A DNA stretch of 64,000 bases. Origin: Phoronis australis (Eukaryota > Animalia > Phoronida). Below, in pieces: positions 27,101 through 40,340 of the stretch. The position numbers were made by a program, and so were the translations under genes. How positions within the stretch are numbered: position 1 is the stretch's first letter; the number at the start of each line of letters is the position of its first letter. The DNA is taken from the NCBI GenBank assembly GCA_002633005.1, contig NMRA01000092.1, forward strand, positions 521,710-585,709, read 5' to 3'. The notes below the pieces were generated by a model. It had not been told where the DNA came from. It did not search any database and saw nothing but the letters and a program-made list of their open reading frames with translations.

Positions 27101-28579
27101 TGTCAGCATGTGTAATGCTGGACAAAAGACTTCCCAGGATCCTTAACAATGGACCAGATTGATATCATCAGCATTTGAATACCCCCCCCCTTTCACTTGC
27201 CATCTGGAAAGCTGACTAGACAGAAAATGTTTATCAAAATGGCAATTAATTCATTCCAGAAGACCTGCAGAGGAATGGTCATCAGAGCTGCAATCCATTT
27301 CCAGGCTTAGACAGGACCTGATATCATCAATTCATAAATACCCTTGAATGTCAGGGACACCCAACAGAAAACAAACTAAATAGATGAGCAGATAGGCATG
27401 GGTAAATATTGAGTCTATGCAATCAATCAGTAATAGCCAGCAACTTCACAAACTAAATGGGTTAGCCCACACATCCCAGCACTCAGTGCAGGAAATTTAG
27501 TTTAATAATGCACCAACAAGACTTGTGACATGCCATAAAGACAGTGGATGGGGATGTTGGAGCAGTGAACAGGAATTTTTAATACATTTTTAACGAGGTA
27601 ACAATCTCCCAGGAGGGTCCTCAGAGTGTTCACACGACACTGACTCCCTTTCAGTCACACAACACTGAGCCGCAGGTCTTGCAAAAGACCATACCCCCTT
27701 GTTTAGAAAAGCATCAGTGCCCTATCAGATTTTGTTTATTTATCCACATTGGTACTACCAGTGTTTTCATTTCAATCCTTATTTTACACAAATTTTTTCA
27801 ACTTTCATTGGACTGAGTAAAGTATTACTGTTGTACCGCAAATTGAAATGTTGACACCAAAAATTTGATAAAGCTGTGTGGGCTGTGATGTATTGTCCTT
27901 CCTTGTCCGCCTCAGCTCAGAAACGTTTAGCAGCCTTACTTTTCGAAAGCTAGGTGACAGACAATATGTTTTTCTTCCTCTGCGATACAGCAGAGTTGAA
28001 TTTAGGATGACATGCCAATAATTGCTGTGTTTAATGTTTGTGCTCACAGTCAGTGGTCCTGATTTTAATGTCTAGACTTATATCATTACTGTTAAAATGT
28101 TATGTTCATGAGTTCAGAACTGCACACCTGGTAGTTTGTAAGTGGATCAATGATTCTATTTATTGACTGGGATGTTTATCTGACCTGCAGGACAAGCAGC
28201 AGTTTTAAAAAAATCCTTTACTTTGACCCCAAGCGAGCTAAACCCCCCTTAAACCCTCCCTCCTCTAACTCTGCCACTGTATTTGACACTTCACAAATAT
28301 AGTTGATTATGATCCAAGGTAGCTATTTACACAGTCTGACACAATTAAGTTGGAATATGCTCCCAATCTTCACAACCATCATTTCTCAACTCAGTTTTGC
28401 TGCCTTCATACACTGCTTATGTTTTTGTGAAACAAAATCAGATGCTGTTTAATAATTTATGTTAACATCCTGTAACAATTTAACACTGTTATTTTTGTTC
28501 TTTGTTTTTATTCAACAGCAGACTGATTGCTTTATTCTGGAGTAGCATTCATGAAGTGTATAGCAATCGTTCTTTTATT

Positions 28580-28800
28580 TTGCACAAAAATAATTGCCCG
28601 AAATTGTCATTTTCCATTTTTCAAAGGCTGATTACGTTACTGCAAACAATGGAAAATTTACCAAAAGTTATTTTATGACATCTACACAGTACAAACCACA
28701 GTTTCTAAGTTACTAACAAGATAAGATATATCAGTCATTGTTTTTATAGAGAAATTTGATAACATGGAGTGTCATTTGGCTGGCCACATTGTGTACAGTA
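28580..28800. repeat. Dispersed repeat, copy 1
   Basis: TGCACAAAAATAATTGCCCGAAATTGTCATTTTCCA...TTATTTTATGACA recurs at 47864-48060. Confidence 0.75.
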
Positions 28801-31800
28801 CAAGCCAAAAGTATTCAGACAATATGACCCGACCTCCCTGCCATGATGGTGGAAACCAAATTTGTCAAAGTGGTCTTTACTCCTCACTAAGAAAGAAGAG
28901 AATTTAACAGTAAAGTTTTGTAATAAGTGCCTGAATCCATAGATATAGAGAGATTGGGTGTTCTATAAATAGCTGCGAAGGTGCACAGCTCATGTCGAAG
29001 GTCACTGGGAAACGAACCAGCTTGGCCATAGGTGGATAAGGAACATTGGTATATTAAATGCAACATATTGACTAATAGGAACAAATGAAACAAAAAAATA
29101 CCTTAAACATTATAAACTTAAATTAAGGACTTGTAAGAAGAGGATTTTCATTTTCATTTCAAGATATCCTGAAAATGATACAACTGGAAATAGCACCAAA
29201 GTACATGCATATTGGTATCTAGTATTTCTTCAGAATCCATACAAAGGTATCAAAGTTAGAGATCCTTTTAACGCTTTGGCATGCACGGTCTATAACACCT
29301 CGGTTCCACCCGAGAAAATGGCCCCCAGCTATGTGCATACAACGTCACGTGATAGCTAATCTCTGTCTTAATATTTACCAATCACTTTTTGCGGTAGCAG
29401 AATTTAAGCCATCATGGTGGGAAAATGGTATTATGTCAGGTTACTTTAAAAAGTAACTATATTCTCTTTAGCAATTGATTTCTGAGGAGTTGGACATAAT
29501 CTCTGCACGTATGACTGTTCTGTGGGGGAAATTCTTAGTATATTGACAATTTATTCTATAATAAATCTAACAACACCGTTTATAAAAAATGTAGTCAAAA
29601 TAAGAGTCACAAAGGACTGATTTACGCAGTACAGCTTTATGGTTTCAGTAACATGGCTTATATTTGATATGTATGAGTGGATTGTATTGTTGTCGGTGTG
29701 ATCCATTGAAAGTAGGCTTAAACTAGGTGTTGAAGGGGTATTCTCTTTAACACACTACCTAAAATGGGAGTAATGAAAGGTATGATTCAAACATGCCAAT
29801 GACAAGTCTCCTGTCTCTGCACACCCTCTCCAGAGGTTTTATGCAGGACATCAACATGTAAAACAAGTGCCAAAACTTGACAAATTCAGTTCCTGAGAAT
29901 TGCATGGTTCAACCAGGACATCTGTAATAGTTGCTGTGGCAATGCTAACAATTTGTTTTTGTTACAACTTTTAAGGGCAGGCCAATCAATCAAATGAAAG
30001 GGCTCTGCAGAAGGACACCTGATGAAAGAAATTTAAAATTTAAAGGTGATATCCACCACGTAGAACATAAAACACTCCTGAACTTATGCTTATTTCACTA
30101 ATGTGTTAGATAGCCTGTAAAGGTTCGGTCAATCGATCACGGAGCTAGAGCTCCGCAAACATAATGTGAAAAATGGCCATCACAGCGCCATCTTACATCC
30201 GATTTTGCCCAAGAACAACAGTCCTCTGGCTACTGATTAGGTAAACACTGTCCAAAAACTTCAAGGCGATCAGACGAAAACTGTGATCTCTAACACAAAT
30301 ATGATAGGCTAACAAAGGGCAGCTGTAATTAATTAATCAACAAAAGAACAGTCATCTGAGCAGTAAATCTTGAATATCTGGAGAATGGTAAGTTGCAGCT
30401 AGTAATGACTTTCACATACTGATAGCGCTTGGAAAGATTTATCCTCATATCAAATTTCAGACAGATCCGTCAAGGGACACGGAAGATATCACACAAAAAC
30501 TTAAGTTATTTGGAGACCAGTCCTCGGAAAATCTCGAATAACTCAAGAACAGTAAGATCTAGAGAAAAATAAACGAGACACTTGCAATAGCCTTTGGAAT
30601 GATCTATCCACTGAAAGAACAATCGGACCAAAAACAACAGAGCTAATTGACGCCACCAACGAAAAAAGAAAAATGTCTACCACAGCGCCATCTTATCAGA
30701 TTTCTACAAAAGGCAATATGCTTCAAGCCATTCACGAGACACATGTATGTAAATTTAATGTTGTTCTGACAAACCTTGAGATTTGTAGCGTGCGAACAAG
30801 AAACAAATAAAAGACAAACAAATTTTATGGCAAAGCCCAATTTCATTTCACTAAGTAATAACAGGATGACTTTCAAAGCCCAGTCACCATTTCTTACCCA
30901 GTCCCCATTTTTAGGTCAGTGCTTCTCAATTGCTCAATAAAGATTTAGCCAATAAATTATGAACGTATCACAGTCTAGAAATAATTTATAGAAATTTTCT
31001 CAATAACTAGCAGTGATGCACAGAGTATATTCTGAGAGACTGCACTTTCACTCAAGTGTGATTTAATTATTTTTCAGAAATAGTTGTGTAGAGGTTAAGA
31101 ACAAATTTCTGACATGAGTCTTAAAGCATTTTTCATGAAAGACTCCTGAAGCCAGTTCTGTCCATCACATTTGTTATCTGAAGATCCTTGGCAGTCTACG
31201 TTTCATGTTGGATGAAAAGGCCTGCTAATTATCATTAACAAAAAACTGCTAGTTTTGCTAACAAAACAGCTGCAGCTGTCAGAATGGATCCACCTGGATC
31301 ATTAATGGCTGATCACCATGGCAGCCCTATTTAGACTTGCCTGGTGGGCATAAGGATGATGTAACATTGGTAGCTGGAATGAAGACAATTGCAACCTTCT
31401 TTATTTTCACCAGATTGCTGCATCAAAGCAAGAAACAAAACATGTTGTAGAGTACATTACACACCCCCAACCCATTGTTAATGTTTCTTTGGGCATCTAA
31501 CTTAACAGTGTCAACTGATAGTGTGATACACACATGTATACATTTTCCCCTCACTGCCTGACATTATGGTACACACTGATATCCACTTAATGTGTTAACA
31601 AGTCTATCACATGGGGAGAAGCATCACCTCACTGCATCCGGCACTTAAACTGGTATTCATCTCATCCTTACCAAACTAACCATGTTCTCAAAAGCACCAA
31701 AGGAATGCCAGTGGATGTTGTCCATAGTTCCCTGGTCCTGTGGTCAAATACAGCCTTTAGATATGGCTTTTAGATACACTTTTTCTGACAAGCCATCATT

Positions 31801-32516
31801 CCTCTAATCAATAATCATAAATCAGTTCGTTCATATGTTCCTGGTCTTCTGATTTATATTTTCCTGCAGTTGTTATTCCCAACAATATTAACTTGCTCAA
31901 GGCACTGTCATTTAGGTGTCTGGTTACAAAGAAATGACACTGTATGATATAGAAAGGACACACTAGGACCTGAGATGGTAACAATGTTTAGCTTTCCCTA
32001 CTGAGGTTTTGATGTAGGGTCATGCTCATTCAAGGATACCCTATAACATATGGTACTATAGTGTTTAGATTATTTATTAGCTATTTTATGTCTTCACTGA
32101 AAAAATGTGATCATAAATTTCAATCTACAATTGTGTGTTTAGTCTGCAAACATTGAAAATACTTGATGTGCACAGAATGTTATCATTCTTATTCTCGTCC
32201 ACTTAATATGAAATGATATTTAGATTCACTTCTTGTTGCCATATGATATAGTAGCAATCACTAATTCTAAAATTGAAAAGTTACAACCAGGCCTTAGCCG
32301 TAACTGTAAAGTTAATAAGAACATTTTTCACCATGAAAATGCTGAATTATGAAAATGTCATATTCTTTGATCAGTAGTAAGTTCAATTTCAGAAAATTAT
32401 TAACTCTAATAGCTTGAACCTTTTTGAATATGTTTAGGCCCATACTCCTTTATCAGAAATAGTACACTTTCTTTCAAACAACATTTTTTCTCTAATGTTT
32501 CATATATTGGTATTTT

Positions 32517-32740
32517 CATCTAAGCTTCAGTTGTGGGCACAAGCAGCTGACACTTGTGAATGACACATCTAAGCTTCAGTTGTGGGCACAAGCAGCTAAC
32601 AAATGACACATCTAAGCTTCAGTTGTGGGCACAAGCAGCTGACAAATGACACATCTAAGCTTCAGTTGTGGGCACAAGCAGCTAACAAATGACACATCTA
32701 AGCTTCAGTTGTGGGCACAAGCAGCTAACACTTGTAAATG
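32517..32740. repeat. Minisatellite, 5 copies of a 42-49 bp unit
   Basis: Unit CATCTAAGCTTCAGTTGTGGGCACAAGCAGCT(G/A)ACA[CTTGT(G/A)]AATGACA, with near-identical copies. Confidence 0.95.
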
Positions 32741-32752
32741 CCCATTTCTTCA

Positions 32753-33219
32753 GGTTATGTAGGACCCTAGAAAAATGTCCAGATTTAGGAACATCATATC
32801 TCAGAAATGGCTGACCAAATTTGTTCAAAACTTTCAGGTGTTATGCTTTATGCTCCATTCTCCAAAACCCTGTTAGGAATTGTTTTTAAAGTGATCAAAT
32901 TTTTCTATTAGAAGCACTTACGAAAATGAAATACGTTAAAAACTGCGGCAATGTTTTGAGATTCCATTTTGAATTTTCATACCTAACAAAATTTGGTCGT
33001 TTTATGGATTCTGTTCTTTCACTATTGATACACCATTACGTTTTACTAAATTTTATTAAAAAGACAATGACACGTAAACCAATGAATGGCAGATTGGTAA
33101 AAATCGAATTCTAAAGTCTTTCTTCTTTCAGAAAATATATACTTGCACCGTGTTAAAATCTAAGCTTTTGTGGAGAGTGACCGAAATACACATACCTGTT
33201 GATGAGATCCTGCATAACC
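32753..33219. mobile_element. Kolobok-like MITE with family B termini
   Basis: TIR GGTTATGTAGGA / TCCTGCATAACC, with TTAA at 33220-33223 and TTCA on the left. The same terminus TTAA|GGTTATGCAGGA occurs at 55342. Confidence 0.7.
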
Positions 33220-34419
33220 TTAAAGTCCACCATGAACAGTTACACACTGGAGTTTAGGTTGGGTTGGGCACCACTCTGCCACTAATTGCCACATGTAATA
33301 AAACTGAGTGTCTGCCTCTAGTGAAGCATGGCTGAGCTGACAGCTATTGTCAATTTAACAACAATGGAATAAACTAGCAGCTTATTCAATTGTTGTTGAA
33401 CAGGTTGGACTGAGCTATGAGCTCAGCTATGGCAATAACTATATGTTTGGCCATGGTTCACTTGAGGTACACAGCACAGCTAGTAGCTATTCCTCTGTCT
33501 TTTGTCCTTGGATGTATGTCTGTGAGAATCTTAATGTGGTGCTCTATTCAGACTGGTAATTCTATACAAATACTTTCCACCGAAGTGACAAAAATCCACC
33601 GAAGGAGGCCGTTAAATGACGTGCTTCTTTCCATTTTTTTTTCGTTTTTGTCTTTACTTACTCCTTATGAATACCTGCCAGCACCTGCCATTTTTGTAAT
33701 GGATATGTCAGGTTTCACTCACATAATTTAACTTGTGATATAAATCTGCTCGTCATTTTGAATATTTCAAATCTTCACTTTTGTTCCTTTTCTACTATAA
33801 TGGACCCTTCATTTTTAAGGGAGCCTCGGTAAGTGGAGATTACCTTAATCTCCTCAGTGATCAAAGTGAAAATTGCACCTCAACCAGTTGAAGTAAACAG
33901 ATGGATTCAACTGTGGTGTGGCCAGATGTTGATACAAGGTATTTCAAAGTTATGGAACACAAAAAGTAATTTAGATCTTTAATATACAAAAGCAGGTATA
34001 GCCTTGCATATTCAAACTGATGGCATGTGGGGATACTTTAAGTAAATCTTAGAAAACCAAACCTACAAACAACTTGAAATAACGCCAGATATAATGCTTT
34101 CTAGTGCTTTCAGGGCTTTACTCCAATTATTATACATTTTACTTTTTGTAATAAACATTTTATAAACAGGTTTATCATGACTTTTAATTGGTGAGAGCAG
34201 GATTTTTGTCTTAAACATCAACCATGTTTTCCAATGAGTTTATTTTGATTAACTGGCACAGAGTAGTAATTTCAATTTCACCATACATCTATGCTTAATT
34301 TTGATATTGATAAGTCATTTTGTACATCCTCTGAACTTGACAAACTTCCAGAAGGGGAAGGTAAACCTCTGCTGGGCAACCTGTATGTTATGGGGAATTG
34401 CCCTCAGTATGAATGGTTA

Positions 34420-34848
34420 CCTTCAGTTCTGGATCGAATTTAACAGTACCAGTTAACTTCGCAGTAATTAGGTGGATTTAACAGTAGAGCGTCGACGCTG
34501 CAGTGTGGTATGAACGCTCAACTTCAGTACCACGGAAGTTATCGCCAGAGGCCACTGTTATCGTCAACAATTTAAGGGCAGTGTCGTCAATAATATTTGT
34601 TTATATTTTGTTCGAATAATTAGTTTTATGTCAATTAACATGTTCAAATGCTCTCACATTGACACATTAAAAATCTAAAGTATGCATGAGATGCATCAGT
34701 GCTACCTTACGATTACTTTGATGATGGCGCCACGTACCGCTTACTTGGACACGGTTAACTAGCATAGATGGAATGAACGATTCAATTAACTTTGCATTTA
34801 AATGTTGACGCTCCGCTCATACTGTAGTCAAGTCAGTACGAAAGGGCC
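34420..34848. mobile_element. PIF/Harbinger-like MITE, copy 2 (5'-truncated)
   Basis: Homologous to 18405-18857 (GCGTCGACGCTGC, GAAGTTATCGCC, TTTTATGTCAATTA blocks) and ends GTCAGTACGAAAGGGCC. Confidence 0.7.
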
Positions 34849-35261
34849 TAGAGAGAGTATGAGGTTTAGTGGCTGCCTATTAATAGTGCGTTTGTTTTGT
34901 TTGGAAATATTTTTCAATGTTTAGCTAGAAACATGAAAAGTTTTATTAAATGCCAAACCCCAGTCAGCTTGGTTGAGAAAGAGGTTGAAATATGAAGTTT
35001 TACGTGGCGACAGCAGTTGGTGCACACAAAGGTTTTTAAAAATATGTTTATCATACCAGTATTACGAAGTTTTATGAATCAGCAATAGTTTGTAAAGGTT
35101 TGTTATGACCAAAATACAAGCACCCGTTCCTTTAATGGAGACAGTTAGTTTTGATTTTACTCTCTCCACGCCTTATTTATGTGATTGTGCGCTTAATGAT
35201 TCACTTAACAAATATTAGGTTAATGCTCACAGTGAATGCAGTGTTCTATGTAATTGGGATA

Positions 35262-36658
35262 CCGTATTCGCCGTAATAACCGCCCATGCCCCTATAAACG
35301 CCCTCCACGCGTTTTCAGACTTTGCTAAAATAAGTGCCCAGTCCATGAATGTGTACATGTGAAAAATGCCTTGCCAACAGTCCTAAAATTCTACAGTAAC
35401 GTCTTCAATTTATCAATAATATCTGACAGTCCTGAAAAAAATCACTGTGCGCAGAATTTGTAGACCACTTTAAACTTCCGCCATGCCTCAAAACGAACAC
35501 AAAAGTTCTGCTGATATTGCGAGGACCAATGGTCTGGCCTTTCAGTATAGAAGTAGTGTACTTGTCTACGGGATTGCTTTGTAGATATTTCCGGCTTTCA
35601 ACAGGAATCAAAATTTCTTTGTAGGCCTACACGTGAAAACCGCGAATCGAAGACTAACAAAAACTTGGCTAGTGTTAAAAGCACGTGGTCAGGAAGCGTG
35701 CGCTACATACATGAACCTGTCATCAATTAGACATTAGTCAGGAACTATCAATTCATGAAACGGGTAGCATAGCATCGATAAGAAATGAATATTGGCAATA
35801 ATGTCCGACGGTTTGATTAACCATAATTGGTGTTTTTAAGCCAAATATCCGATAAAATGACCACTGACAGTGAATGCTTACACACCCGTACACCGAAAAA
35901 TAACTGTCAGATAGTCACGTACGCATCCAGCCACACGGCGACTAATATGGCATGAGACCGGCAAGTGCTGAATGAAACTCGCTCTGGTTTAGGCTTACGG
36001 CTTGTGCACATTTCTTTGGATACAATGCACATCTAGCTCGTTAGATTGCGTGGCTCTGGCTAAATGACGGTCTCTGCTCTGGCAAATGAACTCTGGTGAC
36101 ACGCACTCGCTCGCTTACTCACAAATGTAGACAACTTCAAAACAAACGTCACGTGGCAACAACGTGTGTTCGTCCAGACATTTTTCTCATTGTGCCGATC
36201 ATACAAGTAGATGGCACGATGTAGCACAGATTTGTACTTAAACCTGCCGTGATCCCGACTCCACAGGAACTTAAAAATCTTAGGGATGCTGTTTGGAAAA
36301 CTTAAGGAGGATTTCAAGTAATTTGCTTGAGTTGAAACTGTATTTTTATTCAAGCATTCTCAAGTCGCCATATCGACAATTGTGAGGCAGGCAGTCGGCG
36401 AGTTTTCTCCCTGGGATTTCAGCACAATTTTCTGTAAAATGATCGTAATTTAGCACCAAAGTTTGATAGCAATGCACCACGGTTTTATAGAAAGTCTTTC
36501 ATAGATTACAGATAGGTCACAGAGCGTAAATATGATGAATATTAGCTTCCGATTTCACCCGTTTCGGAGACCGGGTTTCAACGGCCTTGAGTTGCTATAA
36601 GCGCCGCCCCGAAACGAATTTTTCTAAGCGCCGTGGGCGGTTATTATGGCGAATACGG
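35262..36658. mobile_element. Tc1/mariner-superfamily non-autonomous element (CCGTA termini)
   Basis: 25-bp TIR CCGTATTCGCC(G/A)TAATAACCGCCCA at both ends with one mismatch, and a TA duplication at 35260-35261 and 36659-36660. No transposase ORF. Confidence 0.88.
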
Positions 36659-37336
36659 TATGATATTTCCAGCCTCCATCAACAACCAGCCATTATTTGT
36701 TAAGAAGAGTGTTGTTTGGGAGAAACGTTTTTGAAGTTATTAGCTTTGAACAAAGCTATAAAACGACACAAGATGATCACGATTTAACCACTTGAAGGGA
36801 TGCTTGTTAAATGATAAGTGAAGAAGCCTGTTAACACCGTGATTGCGTCACTGCCAGAACACATATATAATGATAATTAACAAAAGGCAGAAATTAGTTT
36901 GAATAAATAAGGTTGTGAATCAAAAACCGTACAACAATTCCACAGTGACGTAGACCAATGTAAATCAATAAGCCTAACCATTCACTAATTTTGTAATTAA
37001 CTGTATTGGTGAATGATGGTCAGATATATTTCAGCAACCAAATTGAAATTACCGCTTGTTGCCATTTAATTAGGCTTTAAAGTCCAGTAAAAATCTTGTT
37101 TGCATAGGTTTGCTCATTACTTGTCCGTCTAAACACCTGCTGGCAAAAGTTGGTGCAGTTTGAGCACCAAAGTCTTCAGCCAATATTTAAACTTTTCACC
37201 TTCACATACATGACTTGTCAGCATTTTTTATAGCATTCTCTGTTCTGTGATACAATGAGGATTATTGTGAAATAAATCAGCTGTATATGCTTAATTTTAC
37301 TTGTTGAAGAGGTGACGTCCCTATGTAAAGTTCATT

Positions 37337-37396
37337 CTCTCATATTTTACAAAAATCATGTTTCATGCTCTCATATTTTACAAAAATCATGTTTCA
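37337..37396. repeat. 31-bp tandem duplication
   Basis: CTCTCATATTTTACAAAAATCATGTTTCA starts at 37337 and 37368. Confidence 0.9.
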
Positions 37397-37862
37397 AAGT
37401 AAACCACCCTTATTACTGAAATGATGCAGCCTTTTAAATAATAATTGTTCACCCTGTAATATGCTAACTAATACGCTTAGCACAAAAACACTTTTTTTAT
37501 ACAGGTTGACAATTGAAAATTATGGGACTCACTCCTTTAATTTACAGAAGCATGTACGACCTGGCACACTAATGCTTCAAAAATTTATTTGGCTATCTTT
37601 TCAGAAGACCTTGTGTGGGAATATCACAAACGCAACTGAAATTTTCCTTTGCATACCTAACTTCGCACAAAAATTACTCTAGGAGTTTTTGTTGTATGAA
37701 GACATTTAGTAGCTTAGGAGACAATTGTTAACTGGTGGTGTGGATTTTAAACCATTCCATTGGTTTCTAAATGCTGTCCTTCGTACAAGGTGGTCTATTA
37801 GACTCCATTCCACCACTGACACCAGGCCTTATTTCATCTCAGGTGGTCCCCAATCATAGTTA

Positions 37863-38153
37863 CAATAAGGTGCTTACAGCTATTATTAACATCTCTTGGT
37901 CTATTTACACCTTCCTCTAGTCTACATACACTGTCATGACGCCTCGCACAAAAAATCACACCATGAGTGTACCACGTATCTGTGCTCGTTCTTCTAAGAA
38001 CGCGGGAACACCTGACAATGGCCGGAGAAGAGACCGACCGAAACGTCGTGACAGTGTATATAGACTAGAGGTCGATGTAAATAGACCAGGAGATTTTAAT
38101 AATAGTTGTAATACGCCACCTCGGAGCGGTTTTAGGAATTCAATAAGGTGCTT
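37863..38153. mobile_element. Foldback element with terminal direct repeats (Crypton-like non-autonomous element)
   Basis: 68-bp inverted repeat (37874-37941 vs 38044-38111) around a ~100-bp spacer, plus a 13-bp direct repeat CAATAAGGTGCTT at 37863-37875 and 38141-38153. Confidence 0.6.
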
Positions 38154-39277
38154 GTTATTTTTCATTCCAGAAATTCACTTAGTTTTATCCTCAGGCATAT
38201 ATTGGTACAGTTAGCTGTAGCATTGTTATAAAGCTGTAATACAAATATATGGTTATGATGTGGGTAAAAACATGACAAATTAGGGCCTGACAAAAATTAA
38301 TATCGATAAAAACTGCATGCTTCTTTGACTATTAACTTGTTTACGGGCACAAAAGCAATACCGCTATTCTGCAATTAAATTTGTGATGCCATCATATTGC
38401 AGCGATCATTCACACGAGTCAAATTAAAGCATAATGAAAGAATGTCATCTGTTATCCAATTTCTCTGATTCTTCAATCCAGTTTTTACACTAAAGTTTGA
38501 GCACAGTTCATGGTAAATTACCTGAAGTGGCTACATGTTCTTGGCAGTTTTGTGTATTTTAATGCTAGCTCACTGTAATTCTGAGCTAATTTTGCATTAA
38601 CAAAGTTATCACCATCTCCTGAAGTATATTACTTTACCAAACCAAAATATCAAGCAAATTACACGAGTGTACTGCTTTGAAATCGTCTGGCTTTCCTTTG
38701 TTAAAAAAGCACGAGAGTGGTGTGAGAAAATGTTAAGCGTGTGTTTCTTTTAAATGGCCATAATGGACACGGTAGGTGACATTTGATTAAAACTTACACG
38801 TGGTCAGACCTGCTACATTTTAATGTAAGTTTCATTGTGAGAGGACTGACTGCAAATAGAGGTGTGGTGAATTGAAGAAGCAACTTTCGCTTTGTTTGCC
38901 ATTTTTTACCCACACCTATTCCTTATTAGCTCAGTGTTCTGACATTCACTCATACATAGTTACAACACTAGTATATGACAATGCAAAAATAATGCAGAGA
39001 ATTAGCCCAGAAAACGAGTTATTATATCTAGGCTTAAATATACACAGCGATAAATAATGAATAAGTAAAAAATATAATGTTTAAAAATCAAATTATGGCT
39101 ATAATCTAAGATGTGGCAACCATATAATGAAAAGTGAGTTATCAAAATGAGATCACGTCAGCTACGCTACAATAACAAAGAATCGTTTTGGGAGTCTTGC
39201 GTGTTCGTAGATTGTTCATATATCTACGGATAACTTCGTATTGTATGCTCTGGCAACGAATACAGCTATTTTATAAT

Positions 39278-39317
39278 CTATTGTTTACCTCTTGCAAATG
39301 CAAGAAGTAAACAATAG
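39278..39317. repeat. Near-perfect 18-bp-arm hairpin
   Basis: CTATTGTTTACCTCTTGC-AAAT-GCAAGAAGTAAACAATAG, one mismatch between arms. Confidence 0.85.
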
Positions 39318-39863
39318 TTTAGTAAGAACTCCAACTCCTTGACCGTGCCGTGGCCTGCAAGAGCTGTTTAAACGTCATCTCTGCTTTGAGTTCTTATTGA
39401 AAATCGTAATTTTGAGACACCCTGTTTTTCCATTCAGGTATTTTTGAGTATTATGCAACGTTTAGTGCTATTCTTCTTACATTTGGTAAACATCAGTCTG
39501 CATAAAATACTGCCTGGGGTGCTGAGTGACAGGATGTTTGTAAATGCGTAGGTGATCACATGGTAATATTTACAGCATTTCATCTGGGATGGCTTATCTA
39601 TACATAAACCGACAAATAAATTGGGTTTTACTTCTGACCTACACTTAGTGATTATTGAGTATAGTTGTACACCTTACCTGGATTGCTGCTAGGTAGATAT
39701 CATTGTGATCTGTGTCAGATACTGAAAGGTGAGTTACATGAAACACGAGTCTCAGCTTGCAGCAACAGCTTGATGCCGAAACATAAATGAGCTCAAACAC
39801 CTGCTTTTATTAAAAAAATGCTTAATAATTCAGCTGAAAGTAGTGCACACGTGATCTTTTTAA

Positions 39864-40340
39864 GGTTATTTATAGAAAACTAGCTTTTATCTCAGTAAAA
39901 GATATTGTTTTCTAAAATTAGAAAGCTTGCTGAATTTGAATTTGATTTCAGATTTATTACCTATCTGCCATTAATTGGGTCACGTGACCGTGTGCTTTTT
40001 GAAAAATTTAGCTAAAAAGGAACATTTATAACAAAGCAATGGTATCAGTAACAGGAGCAAATTCTGTTAAATATCAAAGTTCAAAGTGAAATCTTGAAAA
40101 TGCTGTTTCAGTTTTCTTAATTATCATTTTGCGTTATAATTTGTGTTTTTTTCAAGAAAATCCTATTTTTAATAACCCTGCATAGAAAAGCAGAACATTT
40201 TAAAAACAATTTCTGACGAGGTTTTTGAGAATAGTGCATAAATCATAGTATCTGTAAGTTTCACGTTAATCTGATCGGCTATTTTTGAGATCGGTATGTC
40301 CTGAAGTTAAACAAATTTGGCATTTTTGCATAACGTAACC
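39864..40340. mobile_element. Kolobok-like MITE, family B (degenerate copy)
   Basis: TTAA|GGTTATT start; internal blocks shared with 23673-24125 and 43434-43820. Confidence 0.55.

Noticed and set aside
32517-32740. CRISPR-like array
   Set aside because: The intervening sequences are short and repeated rather than unique spacers, there are no cas genes, and the context is eukaryotic. It is a minisatellite.
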